IMG/VR virus record: IMGVR_UViG_3300036402_000303
Span: 1 to 64,000 of that record
DNA: 64,000 bases
Direction: 5' to 3' (one strand)
Origin: a virus
Below, piece after piece: positions 17,871 to 26,922 of this stretch (position 1 is the first letter of the stretch; each line of letters opens with the position of its first letter). The notes under the pieces are model-generated. The model was not told the origin of the DNA, ran no database searches, and saw only the letters and a list, made by a program, of their open reading frames with translations. The position numbers and the translations under genes are program-made.

Positions 17871-18335
17871 ATGGCCGTCATCAAGATACCAACGAGCGAA
17901 CAGCAGAAGGAAGCCGAGGACGGCTATGCCATCCTTGTCGGAAGGGTGAGCCTGCTGTGGGCAAAGATCCACGAAGACTTGGCTCAGATCTACATCTACA
18001 GGTTCAACTCTGCTGCAGCCAGACTGGCCGAGGCCGATTGGTATTCGCACAGGTCGGACAGCGCGCAGCGCGAGCTGCTGACGAAAACGATCGAGCGGAT
18101 GGATATCCGCGGCGCCGAAACCTTTCCAAATGCCAAAGGGGACTTGCTCTGGTCCATCGGCCGGATCAACACGCTCGCCAGGATCCGCACGGTGAGGTCG
18201 GTCGCTTCGCGCCCGTGCATGTGCGCCATGACCTGGCCCAGGTCACGCTTGTCGACCAGCGGCCCGCAGATATCGCAATTCCCGAAGTGCTCGATCTCGG
18301 GGCGGCTGGGGTTCTCGACGTCGGTGCCGGTGTAG
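17871..18335 (+). CDS. Hypothetical helical protein, probably truncated near 18185
   Basis: Protein-like N-terminal two thirds; 3' part overlaps an opposite-strand gene. Confidence 0.4.
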   Translation: MAVIKIPTSEQQKEAEDGYAILVGRVSLLWAKIHEDLAQIYIYRFNSAAARLAEADWYSHRSDSAQRELLTKTIERMDIRGAETFPNAKGDLLWSIGRINTLARIRTVRSVASRPCMCAMTWPRSRLSTSGPQISQFPKCSISGRLGFSTSVPV

Positions 18336-18352
18336 CGCGGGATCTTCGGCAT
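17996..18352 (-). CDS. Small CxxC/His hypothetical protein
   Basis: HFGNCDICG...RDLGQVMAHMH motif. Confidence 0.45.
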   Translation of the reverse strand: MPKIPRYTGTDVENPSRPEIEHFGNCDICGPLVDKRDLGQVMAHMHGREATDLTVRILASVLIRPMDQSKSPLAFGKVSAPRISIRSIVFVSSSRCALSDLCEYQSASASLAAAELNL

Positions 18353-18671
18353 GGCTGATTTCTATGCTGGCCAGTCAGCCGAGCAGCCGGCTTAGCGCGA
18401 CGGCGGCGGCGGTGACCAAACGTGAGAACGCTGGCTGCGGTCGGGATAAGGAAGGCGCGGTCTATGCGGGCACTCCAGGCTCACTGTGCCGGGGCCGCGG
18501 CAGTCGCACCGGAACATGGCACCTGGTTGCCGGATTTCGGATCGATCGCTCGGCTGCAATGAGCACAGGTGGGCGGAGGCTTCGTCTGTATTGATTCGCC
18601 ATCGGCTTGTGTAGGGTAGCGAGCGCTCCGCGCATCCCCTATAAGCGAGGCGCTGCAGCCGACGAGGTCCC

Positions 18672-19106
18672 GTGAAAATCGAGAAGCCGAAGATCTATCA
18701 CATCGCCAAATATCCGCCGCCGGTCGGCGGTCGCGTGAAGGTCTGGTTCGACAAAGCAACGTCCCATCTTCTGGTTGAGGACGAGACCGGTCGCGTCGGC
18801 TGGGACATCTATGGCGTGCCGCTGTCCGACGTCGTGTTCGAGACCGAAACGACGCCGCGCGGCGCCGTCCGTTGCCTGGCTCGTGGCACAATCATCGCAA
18901 CCTCGAACACCAGAGCGGACCAAGAAGCGAGAGCCAACATCATCACGACTGGCCGCCCCATCGAGTTTTACTGGACCCGCGATAAGCAGTGGCCAATTGC
19001 GTCCGCCCGCGTGGCGCTCATAAGCAAGCCAGACGGCGGCTTCACCTCGTGCTACGCCGTCGATCCATCGCCGAGGGTAGCGAGCGCTCGGTCAGGCCAG
19101 CTGTGA
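18672..19106 (+). CDS. Hypothetical protein
   Basis: 144-aa ORF, GAGG upstream of GTG. Confidence 0.55.
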   Translation: MKIEKPKIYHIAKYPPPVGGRVKVWFDKATSHLLVEDETGRVGWDIYGVPLSDVVFETETTPRGAVRCLARGTIIATSNTRADQEARANIITTGRPIEFYWTRDKQWPIASARVALISKPDGGFTSCYAVDPSPRVASARSGQL

Positions 19107-19169
19107 AGCGTTACGGATGAGCGGGGGCCGCTAAGCAGAATAGGGAAGTGCCCGCCGCATAGCTCTCTC

Positions 19170-20852
19170 TCATTGATGGGCAGTAAAGCCGCTGAGGAGT
19201 TCCGGGTCTGACGGATTGGCGACCTTGGGTATGGCGTCGATCACGCGGGTCATAGCCATCACAGACACGTCGCCATAGTCATCGCCAGATGTTCGCGCCG
19301 CATGACCTTGGATGGCATCAACGACTCGCGGATCAAACCCAAGGTCGCGGCTGATCGTCTTGAAGCGATGCCGCCATGCATGGTTAGGCTGGACTCGTTC
19401 GTCGGTGACAACCGTCCGTACCAGAGCTACGACTTGAGTGTAGCAGCCCTCTGCAAACAGCGGCCCGTCATCTGACTCATCAACGAACTCCAATAGGCCT
19501 AATTCGATCAGGTGTTGGTGGATCGGCACGAGTCGAAATATCCCGGTTTTGATCCCGCCAGCCAGCGGGTTCAGGTCGAAAATTTGACGTCCGGACTCTT
19601 CACGGATGTCCTCCTTGCGAAGCTGCAAGGCCTCGCTGATCCGGCAGCCAGTGTAAGCGGCAATAAGAGGAGACCACCGCTTGGTTGCCGCCGTTCTGGG
19701 ATACTCTTTCGGTTTTCGCACGTAAGACAAGCACGCGCGGAAAACAGCTGCCGATTCCTGATCCGTGAACCCCTTTTTCCGGGTTACAATTTTCTTCGGC
19801 GCTTTGATTTTAACTGCATCAGCCGGATTCTTGGTTAGCTTTCGATTGTCCACGGCCCAGCCGAGCACCGACTTAATCCCCGGCAGATCGCCGTCTTTGA
19901 AGGTCTTTGCGGTCACCACCTTGAGACGGGCATCCTTGTATTCAAGCATGTTTGCCTCTGTCAGGCGGCTTGCATCATCGTGATCAAGATGTTTAACGAG
20001 CCTGTCGATGGCGCCCTTGTAAGTGTCATATGTGCTTTGGGTACGTCCGGTAGCCTTGGCTTCCTTCCACCACAGGTCAAGCAATCCCGTGATCGTCTGC
20101 TTTCGTTTCGCCGCTGCGACGGTTTCGACCAGCGGGAAGCGAATGGCCTTTGGGTCAGGGCTGTAGTCGCCCTCTGCATTGCGTTTCAGTTGCCAACCAG
20201 CATCTAACGAGGCCGTCCCGACGAGGCGAAGGAGGCGTTGCCGATCTTCCGGGACAAGGTGAATGCGATGCCGAATTAATACGTAGTCCGTCAGCAAGCC
20301 GAACCGCTCTTGGAGGACGTTGTACTGCCCGGCAGGGAAGGCGTTGATCGCCTCCGTCAGGTTTCCAGTCCCGAATAGCTCTTTCGCGAGGGCCGCCTCA
20401 TTCACCTTAAGAGTGGCGGGTGGAGTACTCGGGATGCGTCCCTCAATCGCCGCTCTATGGAACGCTTTGTGGTAAGCCCAGACATCCGGCTCTCCGGGAT
20501 CATTCCCATGAACTTCCTGATAGAGCCGGTATGCCTCGCCGCTCAGTGCCACCATATCCTTGTGCGACAAGCTGACAGGACCAGCGGCGGTCATCTCAAA
20601 TAGCCGCTGCAGGTGCTCAAGGGCGTCCACATGACGCGCCTTGGCAATGCGTTCGTCGCTTTCCCCAAGGGAGAATGCAACGTCGGTCCCGATGGTCACG
20701 ACCTTGATGTAGGCCGGTCCAAGCTGGCTCGACAGGTGCAATAGAACTTTCATGCCGCGTAGCCGGTCAACAACTTTGGCCGGGACGCGACAGCGGAATT
20801 GGGGGACGCTGGATCGGGAACGCTTATCCATCAAGTACTTTAAGGAAACCAT
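19170..20852 (-). CDS. int: Tyrosine integrase (DUF6538-like N-terminus) of the satellite element
   Basis: YTGCRISE, IKT, HAWRH, QGH and DYG catalytic residues; next to tRNA 3' end. Confidence 0.9.
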   Translation of the reverse strand: MVSLKYLMDKRSRSSVPQFRCRVPAKVVDRLRGMKVLLHLSSQLGPAYIKVVTIGTDVAFSLGESDERIAKARHVDALEHLQRLFEMTAAGPVSLSHKDMVALSGEAYRLYQEVHGNDPGEPDVWAYHKAFHRAAIEGRIPSTPPATLKVNEAALAKELFGTGNLTEAINAFPAGQYNVLQERFGLLTDYVLIRHRIHLVPEDRQRLLRLVGTASLDAGWQLKRNAEGDYSPDPKAIRFPLVETVAAAKRKQTITGLLDLWWKEAKATGRTQSTYDTYKGAIDRLVKHLDHDDASRLTEANMLEYKDARLKVVTAKTFKDGDLPGIKSVLGWAVDNRKLTKNPADAVKIKAPKKIVTRKKGFTDQESAAVFRACLSYVRKPKEYPRTAATKRWSPLIAAYTGCRISEALQLRKEDIREESGRQIFDLNPLAGGIKTGIFRLVPIHQHLIELGLLEFVDESDDGPLFAEGCYTQVVALVRTVVTDERVQPNHAWRHRFKTISRDLGFDPRVVDAIQGHAARTSGDDYGDVSVMAMTRVIDAIPKVANPSDPELLSGFTAHQ

Positions 20853-20856
20853 GGTC

Positions 20857-20879
20857 TGTGTGGCACCATTGTGTGGCAC
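20857..20879. repeat. Direct repeat TGTGTGGCAC x2, likely integrase arm sites
   Basis: 20857-20866 and 20870-20879, between int and att. Confidence 0.5.
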
Positions 20880-20924
20880 TCAGGACCGAATTTCCAATAA
20901 AATCAACATCTCCAATGGGATGAG

Positions 20925-20976
20925 TGGTGCTGCCAGACAGGATTGAACTGTCGACCTCTCCATTACCAATGGAGTG
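20925..20976 (-). tRNA. 3' fragment (52 bp) of tRNA-Thr(GGT) serving as att site; not an intact tRNA
   Basis: Reverse complement CACTCCATTGGTAATGGAGAGGTCGACAGTTCAATCCTGTCTGGCAGCACCA: anticodon arm, T-arm and CCA present, D-arm and 5' acceptor absent. Confidence 0.9.
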
Positions 20977-20993
20977 GGCGATTTGACATAAAC

Positions 20994-22403
20994 TCATGCG
21001 GGACGGGCCTTTCTTGGCTTTGCTACACCGTCGCGTGTCAGGTTCGTGCCCATATCATCCAGCTCATTCACCAGCTGGCGCCGGTATTCCGGGGCGTCGT
21101 GCGAATAGCCCATGACCGACCGGATATCGAGCCAGCCGCCTTGCTCCATTGCCGCGCGGGGGTCTCGCCGCAGCATCTTCTGAGCCAGCATGTGCCTGAA
21201 CCAGTGCTGCGTCACCTTGCCGATCAGGGCGGCGTCGGCGCCGGCCTGGTCCCGCGCTTCGGCAGCGGCCTTACGCTGGCCCGCCTTCATCAGCCGCGTA
21301 TAGGTGGCCTCGCCAGCGTCGATAATGGCCGCAGCGGCCCGGCGCTTTGCTGCATTGAAGCCGGTCTTGTTCTGGCCACCGCCTGCCTTGCCATTGTCGG
21401 CGTAGGGCTGGCGGCGGTAAGTCAAGAATAGCGGTGCCTCCCGGTCATGCAGCTTGCCACGCCATTTCAGATAATCCTTCAGCACCGCCACCGCGGTCGG
21501 ATCCAGCGCCGCGGAAACGTCCTCGCCGTTCTTCGTGGCGGGGAATGTGATCTGCTCCCGGCCCTTGGCAAGGATCAGGTCGCATACTCTTGCGGCATAG
21601 ATGATCGAAGACACCCTGGCACCGGTGGCCCGCTCCACAGCGAGCTGCGCCCTGATGCTGATGTGGCAGGCATCAAACAGCGCCCTCACCAAGTCCGGCC
21701 GCAGATCCGTCACCCGCCGGCGGACCCGCCGGTTCGGATTGCGGGCAGCCTGATCGCGTTCGAACTTCGGCACCTCAGCAAGGCCGTGGTTTCGCTGAGA
21801 ATAGTGCAGAAAGGACAGTAAGCCGCCCAGGAAGCGTTCGCGGGCCGACGCTGTGTTGCCCGTCATCCGGCCTGGGAACGCGCTGCCGTCAGGCTTTGCG
21901 CCGCCGTCGATCCATTGCTTCCACTCGTCGGGCCGCAGCTCGTTGAACCGTCGAGCGCCGAACTTCTTGACCGTCTCCTTGACGATATTGACCGAGGTAG
22001 CGCCAAGCGGCCGGCGCCTGGGCATTGCCAGGTAGGCCGCGGCGGCTATCGCAACTGGATCACCTCGCCCAGCTTTGCCGGTGACCTTCGCTTTGACGTC
22101 CTCGATGTAGGAATCGAGCGCTGTTTCTGCTTCGGTCTGGCTGGTGGCCGCAACGGCCAGGCCAAGACTTTGTCGGACGCGGACTGAACGGCCTGCGACC
22201 CGTAGGGTACCGACTGCGTGCCAGTTACCGTCTCGCTCTTTGAGCGCGATCCCGCGAGCACGCCGCCCGGGGCGCTTTCCCTTTCGATCGCCGCCTCGAG
22301 ATTTTGGAACGCAGTCGCCGACCATATCCGTTTCCGTCCGCGCATCGTGTGAAACTGAAACCGCCGATCGTCGATGGCGCGCAGCAAGTCTGCCGCCAGC
22401 CAT
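20994..22403 (-). CDS. int: Prophage tyrosine integrase (true start probably downstream of 22403)
   Basis: TGARVS, TKNG, HWFRH, GGW and MGY motifs. Confidence 0.85.
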   Translation of the reverse strand: MAGGRLAARHRRSAVSVSHDARTETDMVGDCVPKSRGGDRKGKRPGRRARGIALKERDGNWHAVGTLRVAGRSVRVRQSLGLAVAATSQTEAETALDSYIEDVKAKVTGKAGRGDPVAIAAAAYLAMPRRRPLGATSVNIVKETVKKFGARRFNELRPDEWKQWIDGGAKPDGSAFPGRMTGNTASARERFLGGLLSFLHYSQRNHGLAEVPKFERDQAARNPNRRVRRRVTDLRPDLVRALFDACHISIRAQLAVERATGARVSSIIYAARVCDLILAKGREQITFPATKNGEDVSAALDPTAVAVLKDYLKWRGKLHDREAPLFLTYRRQPYADNGKAGGGQNKTGFNAAKRRAAAAIIDAGEATYTRLMKAGQRKAAAEARDQAGADAALIGKVTQHWFRHMLAQKMLRRDPRAAMEQGGWLDIRSVMGYSHDAPEYRRQLVNELDDMGTNLTRDGVAKPRKARPA

Positions 22404-22477
22404 CCGTCAAGGGTGCGCTTGCCGATTCTAAGATCGGCCGCGACCTCGTCCATTGTGCGGTCGCCTGCAGCCATCAA
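22046..22477 (-). CDS. Excisionase-like HTH protein overlapping int
   Basis: TMDEVAADLRIGKRTL HTH. Confidence 0.6.
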   Translation of the reverse strand: MMAAGDRTMDEVAADLRIGKRTLDGWLAADLLRAIDDRRFQFHTMRGRKRIWSATAFQNLEAAIERESAPGGVLAGSRSKSETVTGTQSVPYGSQAVQSASDKVLAWPLRPPARPKQKQRSIPTSRTSKRRSPAKLGEVIQLR

Positions 22478-22559
22478 TCAAGCCTTATCGCGGTGATGTG
22501 GCCCGGAGGCCCGCTCGTCTTGAAACCGGGCGCGTCGGGGTACTGCTCGGGAAGGCGGC

Positions 22560-23306
22560 TCATTGCTGCGCGGCCCTCAACGCCTGCAGCGCGATGGTGG
22601 CTCGCTGCAGGAGTTCGGGACTGGCACCGTTCCAAAGCATGTGAGACCGTCCGATAAACTCGGCGGCGGTCACCAAGGCGATAGCATCATCCAAAGTGTT
22701 GACCGGCAGCAACCGCACCGTCTCGTAGGCGACGGACATTGCCCGGAGCGCGTCACCTTCTTTGCGCTGCTTGCTGAGAATATGGTGGCGGCGGCGAACG
22801 CCGTTCACCTTCGCAAGATGCTTTCGCATTGCAGTGCGCAGTCGCTTCGCCTCTTTTGGAATCAGCGGCCATCTTTCGAGGTTCGCCGCGAGGCTCTGGC
22901 GAACCTCATACGCCAAGGCATCCTTGGGGTGGCGGCGCAGCCATGCGCGATGGTGGGCATTCTCTTGGCGAATATAGGATCGCTGGCGCTTTTCCGCTCG
23001 GTCGATTTCATCAAGCGAGCTGATGTTTTTATGTCCGTGGAAAAGCGTTCGGCCAAAAATGGCGATGTCGACAAAAAAATCAAACCGGCCCGCGTCTCCC
23101 ATGGCATCTTCGGTGTCTCTGCAATCCTTGCGCGCCGCCGCCGCCGCGTCGATTTTCTCGATCAGTCGCGCCACTGCGCGCGGCAGTTGGCCCTGCCGAG
23201 CAGAGCGCTCGCGGACTTCCTTCGCTCCGTGGGCCATGTCGGCAATCTGTGCGCGGGTGAAGCGCGGCGCTGCTGGCGCTCTCGTCGGGAGTTGTAGGGT
23301 TGCCAT
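22560..23306 (-). CDS. Phage hypothetical protein
   Basis: 248 aa, coupled to upstream gene, GGAGG RBS. Confidence 0.65.
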   Translation of the reverse strand: MATLQLPTRAPAAPRFTRAQIADMAHGAKEVRERSARQGQLPRAVARLIEKIDAAAAARKDCRDTEDAMGDAGRFDFFVDIAIFGRTLFHGHKNISSLDEIDRAEKRQRSYIRQENAHHRAWLRRHPKDALAYEVRQSLAANLERWPLIPKEAKRLRTAMRKHLAKVNGVRRRHHILSKQRKEGDALRAMSVAYETVRLLPVNTLDDAIALVTAAEFIGRSHMLWNGASPELLQRATIALQALRAAQQ

Positions 23307-24136
23307 TAGCGCGACCCTCCCTTGCGGGCCTTGCGCGCGACCGGATCGGTGGTGCGCTCGGTGTCGATCTTCAAGCTTTTGAGGACCGATCGCGCGCGGG
23401 TGGTCAGCGTGTTCTCGTCAAAGAAGGGGTATGCCTTCCGGCGGCGTTGGCTGCAGCGGTGCTTCACGCGCTGATTAACCGCGTCGTCCTCGATCCGGAA
23501 GGTGAACGCGAACTTGGCCTCGCCGTACAGATTCCAGCCGACGGTTTCCAGTTCCTGGATCAGGAAGGCTTGGTATCGATAGAGCAAGCCGGCGCGGGTC
23601 AATGTCGTGCCACGCGCAAGCCTGCCAATTTCTTTCTTCGGCAGCGTCGGCTCTGCCGCCTTGCGCGCGATTTCCGCCAGTCGAGTAACGCGCGTTTGTG
23701 TCAGCGGGGTTTCTTCCTCGTCGTTGCTGAACGTGGCCATGTGCCGAACGATGATGCGAAACAGGAAGTCGAGGTCGCCGGCCCGCGTCGCCCTGGCCTT
23801 GAAAGCGGCTTCGAAGATATCCCATCGCGTCTCGTAGAGAACATTATAGGTGGCGTCGTCGTCTTCGATATCCTTGCCGGCCTTATCCATTGTCGCTTCG
23901 TACGCAGCCTTTAGCGCGCTGGCTTTCTCGTGCCAGAAATTCAGCATCGGCAGGCTTTGCCGTTCTAAGGTGAAGCCGTCCCGGCCCATGGGCGTGGCGC
24001 CATAGATCGGATGAGGCTCGGACTTCGCCACAACGATGACGGGCGGGGAGGCTGTGGCGGTTGTCGTGCGTGCCTGGCTGGCAGTCGTTTGAGCCCGGCG
24101 TGGTCGCCGCGGTGCCGTTGCGATAGCGGTCTGCAT
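23306..24136 (-). CDS. Phage hypothetical protein
   Basis: 276 aa, GGAG RBS. Confidence 0.7.
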   Translation of the reverse strand: MQTAIATAPRRPRRAQTTASQARTTTATASPPVIVVAKSEPHPIYGATPMGRDGFTLERQSLPMLNFWHEKASALKAAYEATMDKAGKDIEDDDATYNVLYETRWDIFEAAFKARATRAGDLDFLFRIIVRHMATFSNDEEETPLTQTRVTRLAEIARKAAEPTLPKKEIGRLARGTTLTRAGLLYRYQAFLIQELETVGWNLYGEAKFAFTFRIEDDAVNQRVKHRCSQRRRKAYPFFDENTLTTRARSVLKSLKIDTERTTDPVARKARKGGSR

Positions 24137-24267
24137 GGCTAAAACTCCAACGGCTCGCGGCCGTTACGCTCCGCACAAAAGGGCGGACAAAACTGCAAGG
24201 GTTCCAAGAAAGAGGGTGAGCGCGGCTAAGGTCATCAAACCACCAGCCGCGCGCTGGAATGATGCTG

Positions 24268-25332
24268 TCATCGGCCGCGCTTCGATTTGCCGGCCTGCTT
24301 CGCCTCGCGGGCCTGAACCGCCGCTTTGGTCTGGGCTTCGAAATCCCTCGCGAACTTGGCCAAGCCAGTGGCTTCAAGGGTCGACCAAAACAGGACCATG
24401 CGACCGCTGTTGCCATCGCCCATTGTCCATTCTTCGTGCATGGCCGGCGTATAGTTGCGGAACGAAATGAGCGTCCACGCCCGCAGGGCAGTGGTGGAAC
24501 CTGACGCCGGCAGCTTCGTCAGCTTGCCCTCAAGTCGGTCGATGGTGTCGCCAATAGCGCACATTTGGTTGTTCAATTCGCGATAGGCTTTGCTGCCAGC
24601 CGTCGCTCCCGCCCATTTCACGCGCGCGGCGGCATACTCGCGGACATTCTTTTCGATATCTCCAGCCAACGCCTTAAGGGTTTCCTTGGCCTTGGCGTCC
24701 TTTGCTGCCGTCGCCCTGGCCCGGAGTGGATCGGCCCCGAAAATGTTCTCGTTCGGATCGTGCAGCAGCGTTGTGCGGTCCAGCGACTTGAATGCATTTC
24801 CGCTGTCGACCAGTGCGACGAATTGCGTACCCATCTCGGTGGGGTCGGCCGAACTTCTGATCGCGCACGCTGCAGCCGCGACGCTGCCCATGGTGGACTG
24901 GAGGGCACCGCCGATCTCCAGCATGAAGCCCAGCGCGATTGCGTCGATGCAACGTCCCGTACTCGCCGGCTCGGTCCCTTTCCGGCCAGCCTCGGCCATG
25001 TCGCAGACGATCCACCCGAGGGCAACAGGCCCAAGATTGTATGCCATCAATGGGAGGAAATAGCGGGCATAGCCTTTGCCGGTTTCGAGGTCTTTGGAGT
25101 AATCCCCGGTGGGCTTCACATTCCACCACGGGGTGTTGTCCTTCGTCCGCTTGGTGTGGAACGGCAGAGCGTTGACGAGGACATCAACGGCGGACTTGTT
25201 GGCTCGGCTCCTGGTAGTCGGCTTGGCCGCGGCAAATTTCCGAACCGATGAGCCGTGGCGCGGCATGAGTGGCGGCGCGACGGCGCCGGTGCTGAAGTTC
25301 GGTGTGTTCGGCGTAATGGTCACTGCTGGCAT
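24268..25332 (-). CDS. Phage hypothetical protein
   Basis: ATG 25332 (MPAVTIT); the longer ORF call includes HNH sequence. Confidence 0.6.
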   Translation of the reverse strand: MPAVTITPNTPNFSTGAVAPPLMPRHGSSVRKFAAAKPTTRSRANKSAVDVLVNALPFHTKRTKDNTPWWNVKPTGDYSKDLETGKGYARYFLPLMAYNLGPVALGWIVCDMAEAGRKGTEPASTGRCIDAIALGFMLEIGGALQSTMGSVAAAACAIRSSADPTEMGTQFVALVDSGNAFKSLDRTTLLHDPNENIFGADPLRARATAAKDAKAKETLKALAGDIEKNVREYAAARVKWAGATAGSKAYRELNNQMCAIGDTIDRLEGKLTKLPASGSTTALRAWTLISFRNYTPAMHEEWTMGDGNSGRMVLFWSTLEATGLAKFARDFEAQTKAAVQAREAKQAGKSKRGR

Positions 25333-25743
25333 TCCTTGCGGTTGCGGTTGCGGAATAGAGTTGGTCGGATTTTCTGACGATCGGGCGGGACGCTGTGAGC
25401 TGAGGCTTGCGGCGCGGAAAGCCGCGCGACTGCATCCGGGGTCCGGTGCGAAGGTCGATGCCGGCGTGAGCTGCTGCCTTGTGGTAGACGGTCGACTTCT
25501 CAGCGACGTCGGCGGCGGTCTTGGTCTTGTCGCAAGCCTCGTGGATGGCCCGAGGTTGGCTTCGCGGTTTGGTCCGCCATTGATGATGGCAATGCGGTGA
25601 TCGCAGACCCAGCGCTTGCCGGTGATCGGCGTCGTGCATTCCTGGCAGATGCGGTCGAACCGGATCAGCACGCGTAAGCGGACGCGCGGCGGAACGGGCG
25701 TGTCATCGGTGGCGCCGATCCATTCTTTCGGGGTGCGGCTCAT
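25184..25743 (-). pseudogene. HNH endonuclease, frameshifted near 25550
   Basis: CQEC...DH...NGG.N..ANLGP in one frame, IHEACDKTKT in another. Confidence 0.7.
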
Positions 25744-25961
25744 GGCAGGGGCCTCCGCACAAAACGGAAGGGGCGGACCCGACGATAGCTCAACGGGACG
25801 GAAGGGTTGTGATTTGGAGGGGGCGCGTCGACTGCAATAAACGTGTCGCCATTCAGCATCACGACTTCGGGACAACCTTTGTCGTCGACAACGACGTGAC
25901 CGAACTCGACAAACTTGTCATCGACGCCGATCAGCTTTATGGCCTGGGAGCGGATCATCAT
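25740..25961 (-). CDS. Phage hypothetical protein
   Basis: ATGA-coupled early-left operon. Confidence 0.6.
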   Translation of the reverse strand: MMIRSQAIKLIGVDDKFVEFGHVVVDDKGCPEVVMLNGDTFIAVDAPPPNHNPSVPLSYRRVRPFRFVRRPLP

Positions 25962-26155
25962 GACACCGCCAGATCGTTGGTGGCTCCGCGGAGCTCGCGG
26001 GCGCGTTCGGTGGCGGCGTCGGAATGAGTAACGATGTCACCGGCGCTGTTGCCAGCGGACTGCAGCAGGCGCATCACGGCCCGCTCGTCGCCAAGGTCGA
26101 CGTCGGCGCTGGCGAGAAGCGACGCCATGGATTGGCGGATCGAGACGAGCGACAT
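25958..26155 (-). CDS. Phage hypothetical protein
   Basis: ATG 26155 coupled to previous stop. Confidence 0.6.
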   Translation of the reverse strand: MSLVSIRQSMASLLASADVDLGDERAVMRLLQSAGNSAGDIVTHSDAATERARELRGATNDLAVS

Positions 26156-26490
26156 CACGCCACCCGCTTGATGATGGGCTTCGACCATTCCCGCGGTGCC
26201 GCCCAGCCGAACAGCCGCCCCCAAAGCAATTCGAATTGATCCATGAACGTCTTGAGGGTTTCGTTCTCAAGATCGCAGACCACATCCTGCTGCTCTATGG
26301 GCCAGTCTTTGGTGGGGACGTAGGTATTGATCTGGCCGAGCGTGCCGAGGCGGACGGCCAGGATGCCGACGCGGCGCTGCTCTGTCGGGCTGAGCCGGTC
26401 CCACGCCGCGTTGGCGTCGAAGCCGTCGATCTCGGTGAAGGTGGGAAGGCGGTCGTCGGGGGATACTTCGGTTAGGGCTGGCTGCGACAT
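26155..26490 (-). CDS. Phage hypothetical protein, first gene of leftward operon
   Basis: GGAG RBS, downstream of PL. Confidence 0.7.
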   Translation of the reverse strand: MSQPALTEVSPDDRLPTFTEIDGFDANAAWDRLSPTEQRRVGILAVRLGTLGQINTYVPTKDWPIEQQDVVCDLENETLKTFMDQFELLWGRLFGWAAPREWSKPIIKRVA

Positions 26491-26515
26491 GTAGTGGCTC
26501 CGCTTTGCTGAGCGG

Positions 26516-26568
26516 AAAGTAGGTTATGCCTACCTACCTTGTCAAATGGAAAAGTAGGCAACGGCTAC
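26516..26568 (-). promoter_or_regulatory. Leftward promoter PL with two repressor operators
   Basis: TTGACA (rc 26540-26545)-N18-TACTTT; GTAGG-N5-CCTAC at 26519-26533 and GTAGG-N5-GCTAC at 26554-26568. Confidence 0.7.
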
Positions 26569-26576
26569 TTATTTTA

Positions 26577-26591
26577 GTTCTTGCTTTGTTC
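26577..26591 (+). promoter_or_regulatory. Alphaproteobacterial LexA box
   Basis: GTTC-TTGCTTT-GTTC. Confidence 0.65.
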
Positions 26592-26641
26592 TTATCACCG
26601 GAGTCACAATCCGGGCCTAACGAGGATTTAGGGAGCCAGTC

Positions 26642-26908
26642 ATGAGTAAGGCCGCTGCCACCACCGGAGCCAAGGTCGTCACCTATTACGTCGTGCAGCC
26701 GTTTGAGCTGAGCCCTAAGGGGCGCTACAAGGTGGGTGCGCCGCTGCAGGCACAGAGCCGTGACCAGGCCGTGCGGCGCGCTGAGCGGCTCGCAAAAGAG
26801 CAGGGCGGGGCCATTGCCTTCAGCAGGACCGGTGACCCCGAGTTCGGGGATTTCGAGGACGCGGTGCTACTCGGCAAGTTCGGCGACGTGCCGGACGAAT
26901 TTCAATAA
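26642..26908 (+). CDS. Small hypothetical protein, likely SOS-regulated
   Basis: GGGAG RBS; upstream LexA box. Confidence 0.75.
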   Translation: MSKAAATTGAKVVTYYVVQPFELSPKGRYKVGAPLQAQSRDQAVRRAERLAKEQGGAIAFSRTGDPEFGDFEDAVLLGKFGDVPDEFQ

Positions 26909-26922
26909 CAACGCTTGGTTCG

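Larger units (their letters stand above)
8843..20879. mobile_element. Phage-satellite-like integrative element (int, rep/ori, RHH regulators, resolvase, lone tape measure); left end not defined
   Basis: Gene content; integrase directly adjacent to tRNA-Thr 3' end. Confidence 0.7.

Noticed and set aside
20925-20976. Functional tRNA gene
   Set aside because: Only the anticodon arm to CCA is present; D-arm and 5' acceptor strand are missing
24268-25875. Single 535-aa protein
   Set aside because: Artefact of the HNH frameshift fusing two genes
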